NCBI GenBank assembly: GCA_036386935.1
Contig: DASVUU010000011.1
Coordinates: forward strand, 1-41,469
Length of the DNA: 41,469 nt
Direction: 5' to 3'
Source: Cytophagaceae bacterium
GTDB taxonomy: Bacteria > Bacteroidota > Bacteroidia > Cytophagales > Cytophagaceae
In this document: piece by piece, positions 1 to 9,932 of the stretch
How the letters are laid out: each line of letters begins with the position of its first letter
How positions within the stretch are numbered: position 1 is the stretch's first letter
Program-made: the position numbers and the translations under genes
The notes under the pieces: model-generated
Database searches by the model: none
Seen by the model: only the letters and a program-made list of their open reading frames with translations
Told to the model about the DNA's origin: nothing

Positions 1-675
1 AATGATAAGATAGGGGTGAGTAATAATACAGGAGTATTTGCCAATTATGCCTACAGAATACGACTTACGAATGCAGGAACGCTTGCCCTTGGGCTATCGG
101 CTGGAGTGTCCCAGTTCAAAGCGAATCTTTCGGAAGTAAAATCTTCCAGCAATACCGCTGTCTCCGATCCGGCATTCTCCGAGAATCAAGTGCGGATGTT
201 ACCTAACTTTGGGGCCGGCATTTACTATTCAACAGATAAACTTTACATGGGGATATCAATGCCTCATTTGCTGAATAATAAATTGGCCAACGACTTTGCA
301 AATGCTACAGGCAACGAAAGAGCAAGACAATTTAGACACCTATTTGTGGCCTTTGGAGGGGTGCTTGCAGTAAGCAACAATTTGAAATTAAAACCCTCTT
401 TGCTTTACAAATATGTACATGCAGCTCCCATGCAATTGGATTTGAATTGCAATTTCTGGTTCCACGATGTCTTCGCCTTGGGCGCCTCATACAGGACAGA
501 TAAGACGGTTGTCGCTTTGGTTGAAATACAGGCTACGCCGCAGTTTAGAGTGGGCTATGCCTATGATCTGAACTTTAAGAAAATTTCGCCTGCCAACTCG
601 GGCAGCCATGAAATAATGATGCGTTATGAATTTGCATTCAACAAGAAAAAATTCCTTACACCAAGATATTTTTAA
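1..675 (+). CDS. PorP/SprF-family type IX secretion membrane protein (5'-truncated by the window edge)
   Basis: The frame is open from nt 1, so the GTG at 16 is only the first possible start in the ORF track. The motif block MLPNFGAGIYYSTDKLYMGISMPHLL and the C-terminal beta-strand pattern ending ...TPRYF are typical of PorP/SprF. An OmpA-family gene follows, as in known PorP/SprF loci. Confidence 0.8.
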   Translation, partial: NDKIGVSNNTGVFANYAYRIRLTNAGTLALGLSAGVSQFKANLSEVKSSSNTAVSDPAFSENQVRMLPNFGAGIYYSTDKLYMGISMPHLLNNKLANDFANATGNERARQFRHLFVAFGGVLAVSNNLKLKPSLLYKYVHAAPMQLDLNCNFWFHDVFALGASYRTDKTVVALVEIQATPQFRVGYAYDLNFKKISPANSGSHEIMMRYEFAFNKKKFLTPRYF

Positions 676-686
676 TTAACAATTTC

Positions 687-3098
687 ATGAAAAAAATTAC
701 CCTATTCGCATTATATATTATTTGTAATAATGCATTCGGTCAAGTTGCTTCTTTGAATTCTGCAAATAAGGCCTTCAGAAACTTAAACTATATGCAGGCT
801 ATTTCTCAATACGAGTCGCTCCTGCAATCTAAAAAGGCAGACGGAAAGCAAATATTGTTTCCATTAGCATACAGCTACAAAGAAATAAATGACAGCAAGA
901 ATGCTGAGAAATACTTTGGTATGATCGCCAAATCTGATACTGCTGTAATAAGCAAGTTCTATTACGCGCAAGCGCTTTCAGCAAATGGAAAGTATAAAGA
1001 GGCTAACGAATGGTATAAGAAATATGCTTCGGTGGCAAAGACAGATGAACGAGGAAGCAACTTCGTAAAAGGATATAGTAACTTGGCCAGATTTTACAAA
1101 GACTCTTCTTACATCAAGGTAAGTCTATTAAATATCAACTCGCCGCAATCTGACTTCAGCCCGACTTTATATAAAAATGGATTGGTATTTACTTCTGCAC
1201 GAAAAGGAAATACCAACAAGGTTTTCGGATGGAACAATACCTCTTTCCTAGACCTATATTATGTCGAAGATACTGCTAAGATAAAACCTGCTTCCGGAGA
1301 ATTGTTACAGATATTAAATAGCAACTCCTCCGAGTATGCTTCCAAAGTGCATTCCGATGAAACACGTCAGACAAGCAATGACAGTCCCGTTCTAGGATAT
1401 TTGTCCGACAATAATTCTACCATCAATAACAATGCTGACACTTTAGGAATAAAGAGATTTGACGATGCGATAAATAGCAAGTTCCATGAAGGACCTGCAG
1501 CGTTCTATAGATCTGGCGATACAATGTTATTCACGCGAAACAGCTACAACGGTGGCGGAACGGAAAAAAGCAAAGAAGGGATCGTAAAATTACAAATCTT
1601 TACTGCTACTAAAGCCAATGGAAATTGGGGAAATGTGCAAGAGTTTTCATTTAACAACAAAGACTACTCTGTAGGTCACCCAGCTCTTTCGTCTGACAAT
1701 AAAACCCTCTACTTTATTTCAGATATGCCAGGAAGCATTGGCGGGACAGATATCTACAGCAGCACTTGGGACGGATCGAAATGGAATACACCTGTCAACT
1801 TAGGAAAAAAAGTCAATACGGAAGGCGATGAAATGTTCCCATATATCAGCTCTGATGGTCGTTTATATTTTTCGTCTAACGGTCATGCAGGACTTGGAGG
1901 ATTAGACATCTTCAAGGTCGACTCTAGTTTTAGCACTGTCACTAACATGGGCTTTCCTATCAATACCATGAAAGATGATTTTGGCATTTTATTTACCAAT
2001 GAGCGAAATGGCTACTTTAGCTCTAATAGAAAACGGGGATTAGCAGATGACGATATCTACAGTTTTTATATCGCTCCACCAATCAAATTAAAGGTATTAG
2101 TTCTTAATGAAAATACTAAAGAGCCGTTACGTGATGCAAAAGTAGTGGTTTTCGACACTGTCACTTATTATACAGATAGTCTAGGAACTATTGAACACAA
2201 GGTTGACAATCCTAATGTGAGCCATACAGTTCTTGCAAGTAAAAACAGGTTTAAAGACAATAGCAAGACGATCACTTCTGGTGAGTTAAAAGCTGATGCA
2301 GACAGGACATTTGAGTCTACGATAATATTAGCTCTGAAACCGGACATCTTATTTCAAGCCACAGTAAGAGACAAGCACACCAATGATATATTGGACAGCG
2401 CTAAAGTCATGATACTGAATCAATGTTCTAACACGGTGGAAACCTCATATACAGACAAAAACGGTTCATTTACTTGTGCACTTGACACCGCTTGCAGCTA
2501 TGTATTCAAAGTGGTTAAGGAGGACTTTTTCCCTCATTGCCTAATTATTAATAAGAAAACTTTGCAGAGGAATGTCCTGAATGGAAAGCCTGCGAAACCT
2601 ATTTACCTGGTAAAAATAGAATTGAATGCGACGCTTGAGATAGAGCATCTTTACTACGGCGTCAATCAGGCGAACATTAGCCATGAGGCCTCTTTGGTTT
2701 TAGACCACTTGAAGCATTTGCTCGAGGAATATGAAGACATAAAGGTAGAATTGGGCTCTCACACAGATTCAAGGTCAAGTGCAGCCTACAATAACAGACT
2801 TTCTCAGAAGAGAGCGGATTCTGCTATGATCTATATCACAAAGCATGGCATTTCTAAATCAAGAATAAAGGCAAAGGGATATGGTGAGAGGAAATTGCGC
2901 AACAAGTGTAAAGATGGCGTGGAGTGCACTGAAGAGGAGCATCAGTTAAATAGAAGGACAGAAATAAAGGTGACTGGTTTTGTAAAACCTCAGAAAAAAT
3001 ATCCTAAAGGTAAATCTGCCATCCATCACCACGATACTCCTTTGACTCCAGCCGATGACTTTTCTGACTGTGAGGATATAAAGATTGTGCCAAGATAA
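687..3098 (+). CDS. OmpA-family outer-membrane protein with N-terminal TPR, TolB-like (PD40) beta-propeller repeats and a C-terminal OmpA/peptidoglycan-binding domain
   Basis: Signal peptide; TPR-like helices (YYAQALSANGKYKEANEWYKKY); PD40-type repeats (LYFISDMPGSIGGTDIYSS, GRLYFSSNGHAGLGGLDIF); OmpA_C motif block (GSHTDSRSSAAYNNRLSQKRADSAMIY...GYGERK...NRRTEIKV). Confidence 0.85.
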   Translation: MKKITLFALYIICNNAFGQVASLNSANKAFRNLNYMQAISQYESLLQSKKADGKQILFPLAYSYKEINDSKNAEKYFGMIAKSDTAVISKFYYAQALSANGKYKEANEWYKKYASVAKTDERGSNFVKGYSNLARFYKDSSYIKVSLLNINSPQSDFSPTLYKNGLVFTSARKGNTNKVFGWNNTSFLDLYYVEDTAKIKPASGELLQILNSNSSEYASKVHSDETRQTSNDSPVLGYLSDNNSTINNNADTLGIKRFDDAINSKFHEGPAAFYRSGDTMLFTRNSYNGGGTEKSKEGIVKLQIFTATKANGNWGNVQEFSFNNKDYSVGHPALSSDNKTLYFISDMPGSIGGTDIYSSTWDGSKWNTPVNLGKKVNTEGDEMFPYISSDGRLYFSSNGHAGLGGLDIFKVDSSFSTVTNMGFPINTMKDDFGILFTNERNGYFSSNRKRGLADDDIYSFYIAPPIKLKVLVLNENTKEPLRDAKVVVFDTVTYYTDSLGTIEHKVDNPNVSHTVLASKNRFKDNSKTITSGELKADADRTFESTIILALKPDILFQATVRDKHTNDILDSAKVMILNQCSNTVETSYTDKNGSFTCALDTACSYVFKVVKEDFFPHCLIINKKTLQRNVLNGKPAKPIYLVKIELNATLEIEHLYYGVNQANISHEASLVLDHLKHLLEEYEDIKVELGSHTDSRSSAAYNNRLSQKRADSAMIYITKHGISKSRIKAKGYGERKLRNKCKDGVECTEEEHQLNRRTEIKVTGFVKPQKKYPKGKSAIHHHDTPLTPADDFSDCEDIKIVPR

Positions 3099-3140
3099 AT
3101 TTCAAAAGTTCTCTTTTAGCCTTTATACCAAGGCTAGGTT

Positions 3141-3189
3141 AGGGTTTATTCTAATAATGTTTCATCATTAGAATAAACCCTTTATTTTT
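3141..3189 (+). terminator. Rho-independent terminator after the OmpA-family gene
   Basis: A 19-bp stem with one mismatch (agggtttattctaataatg / catcattagaataaaccct) is followed by ttattttt. Confidence 0.7.
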
Positions 3190-3304
3190 ATGGGCTAGTA
3201 TTACAAACCAATTGGACTTTATTGATATTCGTCTGCTAGCGCTGGCTTTATTTAAAGTTTTTAAACTATCTAGCTCTTTATAACATAAACCTCTTTGCCC
3301 AATA

Positions 3305-4435
3305 ATGAAAGTAACAAAGCTGTTCAATGAATTTTTTGAGAGTGAAAAAGCAGGAGGCATTATACTCATCTTCTGCACCATTTTTTCCCTTTTTCTCGCC
3401 AACTCGTTCCTAAAAGACATTTATCACCATTTGTGGCATTATCATCTTGGGTCTTATAGCGTGGAACATTGGGTAAATGATGGCTTAATGACTATCTTCT
3501 TTTTGCTAATCGGGCTAGAGCTGGAAAGGGAACTTTACATAGGTGAGCTTTCAAACCTGAAGAAAGCCTCACTTCCCATTGTAGCTGCAATAGGCGGGAT
3601 GATAGTCCCGGCGGCCATTTATTTATTGTTCAATTATGACACTTCTACTAAATCTGGAGCAGGTATACCTATGGCTACAGACATTGCATTTGCGATTGGT
3701 ATATTGTCACTCTTGGGCAAACGTGTCCCAGTTTCTATAAAGATATTTCTCACTGCACTAGCAGTAATAGACGACTTAGGTGCCATTGTTGTAATCGCTC
3801 TTTTTTACACAAAGGAACTTGTTTGGTCGAACTTCTTTATATCTATGGGTATTTTCGGTTTTCTACTAGTATTGAATAGACTTAAAGTCTACATACTAAT
3901 CCCATACCTGATAGGCGGAGCGGCCATGTGGTATTTCATGCTGCACTCTGGGATACACGCAACCATTACAGGTGTGTTGCTGGCCTTTGCAATACCATTT
4001 TCCGATGGCAAGGAAAAATCTATCTCCTATTCCTTACAACATTTCCTACACAAGCCTGTCGCATTTTTTATACTACCCTTGTTCGCCTTAGCAAATACTG
4101 CCATTCCAATTGCAAGTGGCTGGGCTGAGAACCTCACGCATTCTAATGGAATAGGGATAATGGCCGGGCTAGTAATAGGAAAACCGTTAGGTATACTGCT
4201 ATTCTGCTTCATCGCAGCGTCTTTGGGCATAAGTGCTCTACCTTCTGGTATAAAATGGAGACAGATTTTCGGGGTAGGTTTATTGGGCGGTATCGGATTT
4301 ACCATGTCCATATTTATTACCTTATTGGCTTTTGATCAGCAAGAAATAATAGACTCTTCCAAAATTGCAATTATGTTAGGGTCTTTGATCGCAGGTACTC
4401 TGGGGTTTGTTTGGTTGAAGGTAACTTTGAAATAG
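3305..4435 (+). CDS. nhaA: Na+/H+ antiporter NhaA
   Basis: Hallmark blocks HWVNDGLMTIFFLLIGLELERE and AVIDDLGAIVVIALFY (paired Asp). Polytopic membrane profile across the whole ORF. Confidence 0.95.
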   Translation: MKVTKLFNEFFESEKAGGIILIFCTIFSLFLANSFLKDIYHHLWHYHLGSYSVEHWVNDGLMTIFFLLIGLELERELYIGELSNLKKASLPIVAAIGGMIVPAAIYLLFNYDTSTKSGAGIPMATDIAFAIGILSLLGKRVPVSIKIFLTALAVIDDLGAIVVIALFYTKELVWSNFFISMGIFGFLLVLNRLKVYILIPYLIGGAAMWYFMLHSGIHATITGVLLAFAIPFSDGKEKSISYSLQHFLHKPVAFFILPLFALANTAIPIASGWAENLTHSNGIGIMAGLVIGKPLGILLFCFIAASLGISALPSGIKWRQIFGVGLLGGIGFTMSIFITLLAFDQQEIIDSSKIAIMLGSLIAGTLGFVWLKVTLK

Positions 4436-4500
4436 GCCGAAGGAATTGAGTCATACGTAATTCCTGCTTCATAGGTCGCTTGCTACCTATTTTCAAATGA

Positions 4501-4539
4501 GTAAATGATCAAGGTGCGCGTGTCACCTTGATCATTTAC
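4501..4539. terminator. Perfect 16-bp hairpin between convergent genes, a likely bidirectional terminator
   Basis: gtaaatgatcaaggtg-cgcgtgt-caccttgatcatttac. It lies 4 nt beyond the stop of the minus-strand gene at 4543 and 66 nt beyond the nhaA stop. The flanking U-tracts are weak. Confidence 0.6.
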
Positions 4540-4542
4540 TGC

Positions 4543-6189
4543 TTAATTTTTTATTAATTTCTTTAGCAAGCTTTCCCCACTGACACTTTTGATGTTAACA
4601 AAGTAGATACCTTTTGTTAGCTCTTCGATATCAAATATTTCATTTTCGTGAAGGGCCGTTTTTGAAAAGACTATTTTTCCGCTAAGGTCAGCAATGCTTA
4701 TCTCTGCCAACTTCATTCCTTTTATTTGGAAATAGCTTATTCCTGGGTTAGGATAAATTGAGATGTCGCTTTTTTCTACCTCTGATATATTTGACAATGT
4801 TACTGGTAATGGGGTATAGGTATAGCTGCAGGCTTGTTTTCCTAGATTATTCCATATCAGCACATAAATCATCTTGGTCGTGTCCAATCTATTCAATTCC
4901 TCAAACAAAAGACTTGAACTACCAGTGGGAGCGACATAAGCTTGAGTCTCTGCTACCTTTATCATTGAATCATTAATTATCGTATGAATGTTCGCTCCTG
5001 GGTAAGATAGACCAGTGCCAGTTAGATTATCAATTTTTATATTAGATCCATAACGGGAATCCTTTATTATTTCAAAACCGTTAAATTTTATTTTATTGCA
5101 ATAGTCCGTTTCATAAAGCATTAGGTTGCCTTTTTTATCAATGTAGGCGTACTTTTTATGACCTGGAGAATAGCAGGAATGGTCGACGACGAAACGCCCC
5201 CTTAGGTCAGGAGAAAAATAGAATACCGGCAAAAGTGTGGTATCTATAGCTTGAAATATTCCCGGCCCATTTAAAAAACCTGAACTAAACTTGCTTGCAA
5301 ATGTATCTGCTACGAATTGAAAATTGTCTTTTGAGAAAAATACCGCATGGTTCCATCCTCCATTCCAAACCGCTTGAAAATCCTTGCCTTTAGTAAAAAA
5401 TCTTGTGATAATGTGAGTGCTCTCGTTTAACTCGTAGCAATCATTGACAGGAGCGGTATATACAGACGGAGAGCCTAGGATAAAAATATTGTTACCTTCA
5501 AAAAACACATCATATGGAGCTAAATTATCAACGGGCTTATTATTTTCAAATTTAAGATCGTTCTCCCTAGTAAAGTTGTAAGGCATCCAAGTCGTGCCAA
5601 AATTTCGAGTTACCATTATAGACTCCAATCCGACAATGCTTCCTCTTCCATCTGGATATAAATGAAGTTTGACTGGGTTTAATTCGAAGACCGATGCTTC
5701 CGCTGGGCTGTTCTTAGCTTCCCAAGTTAACCCACCATTTAATGTGATATATAAATTGTTTCTTGTCAGCAAACAGCCAATTGTATCATCAAAAAACTCT
5801 AGATCTATTAAGAAGTCGTCCTTCGTCTTAGATATTTTCGCAATCTCTAAAGTTGAATTCCCCATTCCTTCAATCTTATAAATTTGAAAATTCAATGGAT
5901 CAACGTCGAGCGCTGCAAAACCCATATCTTTCGAAACAAAGTCTACCAGACCATTTTTTATAAATCGAGGCGGTAAGAATTTAAGCCCATTTATTGCCCT
6001 ACCTTCCCAATGCGCAGCATCATTAGGCTTTCCGAAAAATAGTGAATCTGCCTTCACCGCGACTAAAACAGAATCAGAAAGAAAATCTAAGGCTATGAGA
6101 TTCGTGAGCTTCGGGTTAGACTGAAATTGCCATTGGGCGTTTGCTAGTAGACTTGAAAATAGAAAAAATAAGAAGTGGAGGATCTTCAT
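4543..6189 (-). CDS. T9SS-secreted protein with Asp-box (BNR-like) motifs and a Por-secretion-tail C-terminal domain
   Basis: Signal peptide ending in ...ANAQ; Asp-box-like LNGGLTWE and RNFGTTW; C-terminal ~75 aa (ISIYPNPGISYFQIKG...GIYFVNIKSVSGESLLKKLIKN) match the type-A T9SS CTD pattern. Confidence 0.8.
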   Translation of the reverse strand: MKILHFLFFLFSSLLANAQWQFQSNPKLTNLIALDFLSDSVLVAVKADSLFFGKPNDAAHWEGRAINGLKFLPPRFIKNGLVDFVSKDMGFAALDVDPLNFQIYKIEGMGNSTLEIAKISKTKDDFLIDLEFFDDTIGCLLTRNNLYITLNGGLTWEAKNSPAEASVFELNPVKLHLYPDGRGSIVGLESIMVTRNFGTTWMPYNFTRENDLKFENNKPVDNLAPYDVFFEGNNIFILGSPSVYTAPVNDCYELNESTHIITRFFTKGKDFQAVWNGGWNHAVFFSKDNFQFVADTFASKFSSGFLNGPGIFQAIDTTLLPVFYFSPDLRGRFVVDHSCYSPGHKKYAYIDKKGNLMLYETDYCNKIKFNGFEIIKDSRYGSNIKIDNLTGTGLSYPGANIHTIINDSMIKVAETQAYVAPTGSSSLLFEELNRLDTTKMIYVLIWNNLGKQACSYTYTPLPVTLSNISEVEKSDISIYPNPGISYFQIKGMKLAEISIADLSGKIVFSKTALHENEIFDIEELTKGIYFVNIKSVSGESLLKKLIKN

Positions 6190-6450
6190 AGCTTGTTATG
6201 GTCGAATGATATTACAGACAAATATATACTAAAATGGTTGCATACATTTTAAATTTTGATTCTTTCCGATGTCTCCAATTGATATCCCGCAATTGAGCGT
6301 CGGTTTTTATAAATAGTAAAATTTTCAACTTTTTAGATTTCCAGTTACGATTGTATACTACCCGGATAATCAAAAACTACCCCAGGCCTCTATCAGAGTA
6401 TTAACCGTCAAAACCGGTTTTTTCTCCAGTGACATATATGTAAGCCTACC

Positions 6451-7359
6451 CTATTTCGCTGCTATTACTTCTATAAAAATGTTGGAACGGTAAGTACTGA
6501 AATACCCGTAACCCCCTTGCACATTGGTAGGATAATTAAAGGGTTCATTTAATACAGAACCAAGTGTATTGCCTGAGGCCGAAGAATTCGCGCTTAAAAA
6601 TTTATAATAGCCCTCAGTTATATTGGAAAATAGAAACCCTACTGTATCGCCGAGGCTTATCGCCGGTAAAAGGTGTTTGCCTGAGTAGGTAGTTCCACCA
6701 AAAGATTTATCAGACAATAAAATATACCCTCTTTTACTTTGAGAATTAAGGTTTAAAAGGCTGGGACTCACATCTCTTGGAGTTTTGGAAGTATCTCTAT
6801 TAAGACCAGAAAAGCTTAACACATACCAATTCTCAACACCCTGAGGATCTTCAAAGGAAAGGTGGACACTTACCAAGGTATCGTCAAAAAGTCTTTGAGT
6901 ACTAAAATAAACTGAATCCATCTCTACACGCGGAAGCAAGGTCGATTGTGCTTGTACGCCTTGTTGCGTTGCATGATCCTTTACCGAGAGGTTGTAAACA
7001 TGGCCTTCTGTCAAAGGAATGGTCGAACTGAAATAAAAACCTGGTACCCCAGCCGCTGCTTGCAGGACATACTTACTTTCACCGTTAGAAATAATTACCT
7101 CTGCATTTTCCACCAACAGATTTTTAATCTTATCCTCAGAAGGGGTTCCAGAGCCTTCTAAGGCAGAAAAACTCCTGCTAACTGACACGCCTATTATGTT
7201 GTTTGAGATCACCTGCGAAGATATGACAAGTTTAGCTGATGCAGGTTGCACGTCCAAATCTAAAGGTTTTGGCATGCAGCTGTTAGCAATAGGGATAATC
7301 AACCAAGGAAGCCATTTAAAGCCTATGGATAAGCTTTTATAATAAAATGAAAAATTCAT
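6451..7359 (-). CDS. DUF4249-family lipoprotein, partner of the upstream TonB-dependent receptor
   Basis: Lipobox-like IANSC; C-terminal GGYGYFSTY motif typical of DUF4249. Starts 11 nt after the receptor stop. Confidence 0.75.
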   Translation of the reverse strand: MNFSFYYKSLSIGFKWLPWLIIPIANSCMPKPLDLDVQPASAKLVISSQVISNNIIGVSVSRSFSALEGSGTPSEDKIKNLLVENAEVIISNGESKYVLQAAAGVPGFYFSSTIPLTEGHVYNLSVKDHATQQGVQAQSTLLPRVEMDSVYFSTQRLFDDTLVSVHLSFEDPQGVENWYVLSFSGLNRDTSKTPRDVSPSLLNLNSQSKRGYILLSDKSFGGTTYSGKHLLPAISLGDTVGFLFSNITEGYYKFLSANSSASGNTLGSVLNEPFNYPTNVQGGYGYFSTYRSNIFIEVIAAK

Positions 7360-7370
7360 AGTAAACCAGA

Positions 7371-9932
7371 TTAAAATTTGAAGTTATATGCAATGAAGGG
7401 TAAGAAACCAAATAAACCGGGCTGGGTGTATTTGTATCCTATGCCTGTGGGAACGACATTGACCCTATAGGGGGACGCCCTGTTATATATATTATATGCA
7501 CCTACGTGAAACTCCCCTGCAAATTTTCTATCGGGTTTTGATTTAAAAATAAGATTGACATCTAATCGATGACTATCAGATAATTTAATTCCATTCCTCT
7601 CTGTATAAATCGGCAACACGTCTACGCCGCTTAAGGATGGGTGCGGTGCGACATAATTACCTACTAGAGGAGTAAACCGTGAGCCGCTGAGATAAACCCA
7701 TGTAGTGGAAAATGAAATTCTTTTGGTAATGTCATAGGACAGGACTACCGAAGCATTGTGCCTACGATCGTATTTGGCAAAAAAGGTTTTACCATTATTT
7801 ATGTCATCAAATTTTCTGGTAGACCAAGACAGCGTATAGCCTAGCCAACCACTAAGCTTTCCTAAATTCTTTTGTAAAAGAAATTCCAGTCCGTAAGCAT
7901 CTCCTTTGCCATTGACCAAGTGTTCTTCAAAATCATTGTTCAAAACTACACTTGCCCCCTCCTTGTATTCGATAAGCCTGCGCATTTTTTTATAATATCC
8001 TTCTATAGTTAATGTACTCTTCCATTGCTTGAAGTCATAAATATATCCCAGGGCCACTTGATCTGACGATAACGGTCTTACTCGTTTCGTTACAGGATAC
8101 CAAAGATCTGTGGGTAAGGCTACGGACGAACTAGATACAAGGTGCATATATTGCAACATGCGTGAATAGCTGAATTTCAATGACGAAGCTTCAGAAAGTG
8201 AATGTTTCACTGCAAATCTTGGCTCTAATCCGTTGTACATTTTATTCTGAACAAAAGCACCAGATACCCTCAATCCTATATTTAGTCTGACAACCGGGTT
8301 GACCGTTATGTCACTAAGTCCATAGACAGCGTATTCCTGATTAGTTAGAATAGTGGGTTCATTTGCTTTTAATACTTGTGAAATTTCGCCACTTGACTTT
8401 ATCACGTTCGGTTTAAAAACGTGTGAGATGACATTGACTCCAAATCTATATTGTATCGAGGGGCTCTGATACCATTCAAAATCTGTTTTTAATCCTAAGT
8501 CCTGAATTTTAGAGCCTACGAAAATTGAGTTCCCGACGAATCTTCCGTCGATCAAATATCTAAACCTTGTATTGATGAGTGAGACATTATAGAATAATTT
8601 TTTGTTGATGATATGATTCCACCGTAGTGTAGAGGTGATGTTCCCAAGTACAAAGCCTAACCCAGACGTCGCACCCGATGAATCTCCCTCGGCGTCAGAA
8701 GTTACTCTCAGAACATCATTTCCTAGATAAGAACTTATGTATATTCTATCCTTATCTGATATTTTGTAATTCAACTTAGCATTCAAATCATAAAAGTAGT
8801 AAGGGATTGAAATTTTAACTACCTTAAATACCTGATCGATGTATGAGCGCCTCCCTGAAACAATGAACGATACCTTGTCCTTCCAAATAGGCCCTTGAAC
8901 CGTGAGCCTTGAAGACAATAAGCCTATCCCACCTTCCGCCTCGAATTTTTTCATATTTCCTTCTTTCATTCTTACGTCCATCATTGAGGAAAGTCTTCCT
9001 CCGTAATTGGCCGGGAACCCGCCTTTCAATACCGTAATATCCTTTATAGCGTCATTGTTAAATACTGAAAAAAACCCAAATAAATGACCGACATTGTAGA
9101 CAGTTGCTTCATCAAGCAAAATCAAGTTCTGATCATTGGTCCCGCCTCTTACAAACAACTGTGTCCCATTTTCAACACCTCTGGTGATCCCTGGCATTAG
9201 TTGCACCACTTTTATTATGTCTACCTCCCCGCCAACAGAGGCTAGATGTCGGATGGCTGCAGGGTTGATCCGTATGGTACTCATTTCGGTTGAGTTCACT
9301 GCTGCTCTCTCCTTCGAGCTTTCCACGATCACTTCGTTCATTTCCCCTATTGATTCCTCCAAGGCGATATTTACGGTCGCCTTCGAATTCGCCTGTATGA
9401 CTTTTGTCACAGGCGTATAACCTAATATTTCAAAAGTCAGCGTAAGCGAATCATCTGCTGGCAAAGTAATTGAGTAAAATCCATAAGCGTTACTTAAAGT
9501 CCCCTTTTGATATTTTTCATTATAGATATTAACTCCTATCAAAGCCTCGCCATTCCTTTTGTCGGTCAGATGGCCGCTGACAACAACATTTGACGACGCA
9601 GTCACAAGCGTCTGCTTAAAGAACACTATTTGATTTCCATGCAGATTGTAATTTAACTGAGCCGTTTTTGAGATATAATCAAGCAAGTATTTGACGGTGA
9701 AGGTATTTTGCTCAATTGCAAACTCTTTTTCAGGTGGAACGTGGTTATGGCTATAGGAGAAACTGAGGTTATGCACTTCTTTTAAATAGTTGAGAAAGCC
9801 TTCTAAAGTACCCTTATAACCTTTAATTTTTAATGTCTTAGCGTAAATATCCTCTTGTCCTTCCACTTTCAGACATGTAACGAAAAATAAAAGTAAGCAA
9901 AATGGCAAGTGTTTAAATAACTTCATATTCAT
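7371..9932 (-). CDS. TonB-dependent receptor/transducer with a fused N-terminal STN domain, a carboxypeptidase-regulatory-like domain, plug and barrel
   Basis: Signal peptide; STN-like segment (TLEGFLNYLKEVHNLSFSYSHNHVPPEKE...NYNLHGNQIVF); CarboxypepD_reg-like segment (VVVSGHLTDKRNGEALIGVNIY...GFYSITL); plug block (FVRGGTNDQNLILLDEATVYN); terminal ...IAYNFKF. Confidence 0.9.
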   Translation of the reverse strand: MNMKLFKHLPFCLLLFFVTCLKVEGQEDIYAKTLKIKGYKGTLEGFLNYLKEVHNLSFSYSHNHVPPEKEFAIEQNTFTVKYLLDYISKTAQLNYNLHGNQIVFFKQTLVTASSNVVVSGHLTDKRNGEALIGVNIYNEKYQKGTLSNAYGFYSITLPADDSLTLTFEILGYTPVTKVIQANSKATVNIALEESIGEMNEVIVESSKERAAVNSTEMSTIRINPAAIRHLASVGGEVDIIKVVQLMPGITRGVENGTQLFVRGGTNDQNLILLDEATVYNVGHLFGFFSVFNNDAIKDITVLKGGFPANYGGRLSSMMDVRMKEGNMKKFEAEGGIGLLSSRLTVQGPIWKDKVSFIVSGRRSYIDQVFKVVKISIPYYFYDLNAKLNYKISDKDRIYISSYLGNDVLRVTSDAEGDSSGATSGLGFVLGNITSTLRWNHIINKKLFYNVSLINTRFRYLIDGRFVGNSIFVGSKIQDLGLKTDFEWYQSPSIQYRFGVNVISHVFKPNVIKSSGEISQVLKANEPTILTNQEYAVYGLSDITVNPVVRLNIGLRVSGAFVQNKMYNGLEPRFAVKHSLSEASSLKFSYSRMLQYMHLVSSSSVALPTDLWYPVTKRVRPLSSDQVALGYIYDFKQWKSTLTIEGYYKKMRRLIEYKEGASVVLNNDFEEHLVNGKGDAYGLEFLLQKNLGKLSGWLGYTLSWSTRKFDDINNGKTFFAKYDRRHNASVVLSYDITKRISFSTTWVYLSGSRFTPLVGNYVAPHPSLSGVDVLPIYTERNGIKLSDSHRLDVNLIFKSKPDRKFAGEFHVGAYNIYNRASPYRVNVVPTGIGYKYTQPGLFGFLPFIAYNFKF

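Noticed and set aside
3151-3420. 89-aa minus-strand ORF between the OmpA-family gene and nhaA
   Set aside because: It overlaps the nhaA start by 116 nt, and its 3' part is made of the terminator hairpin at 3141-3189. The composition is unremarkable and it has no partner signals.
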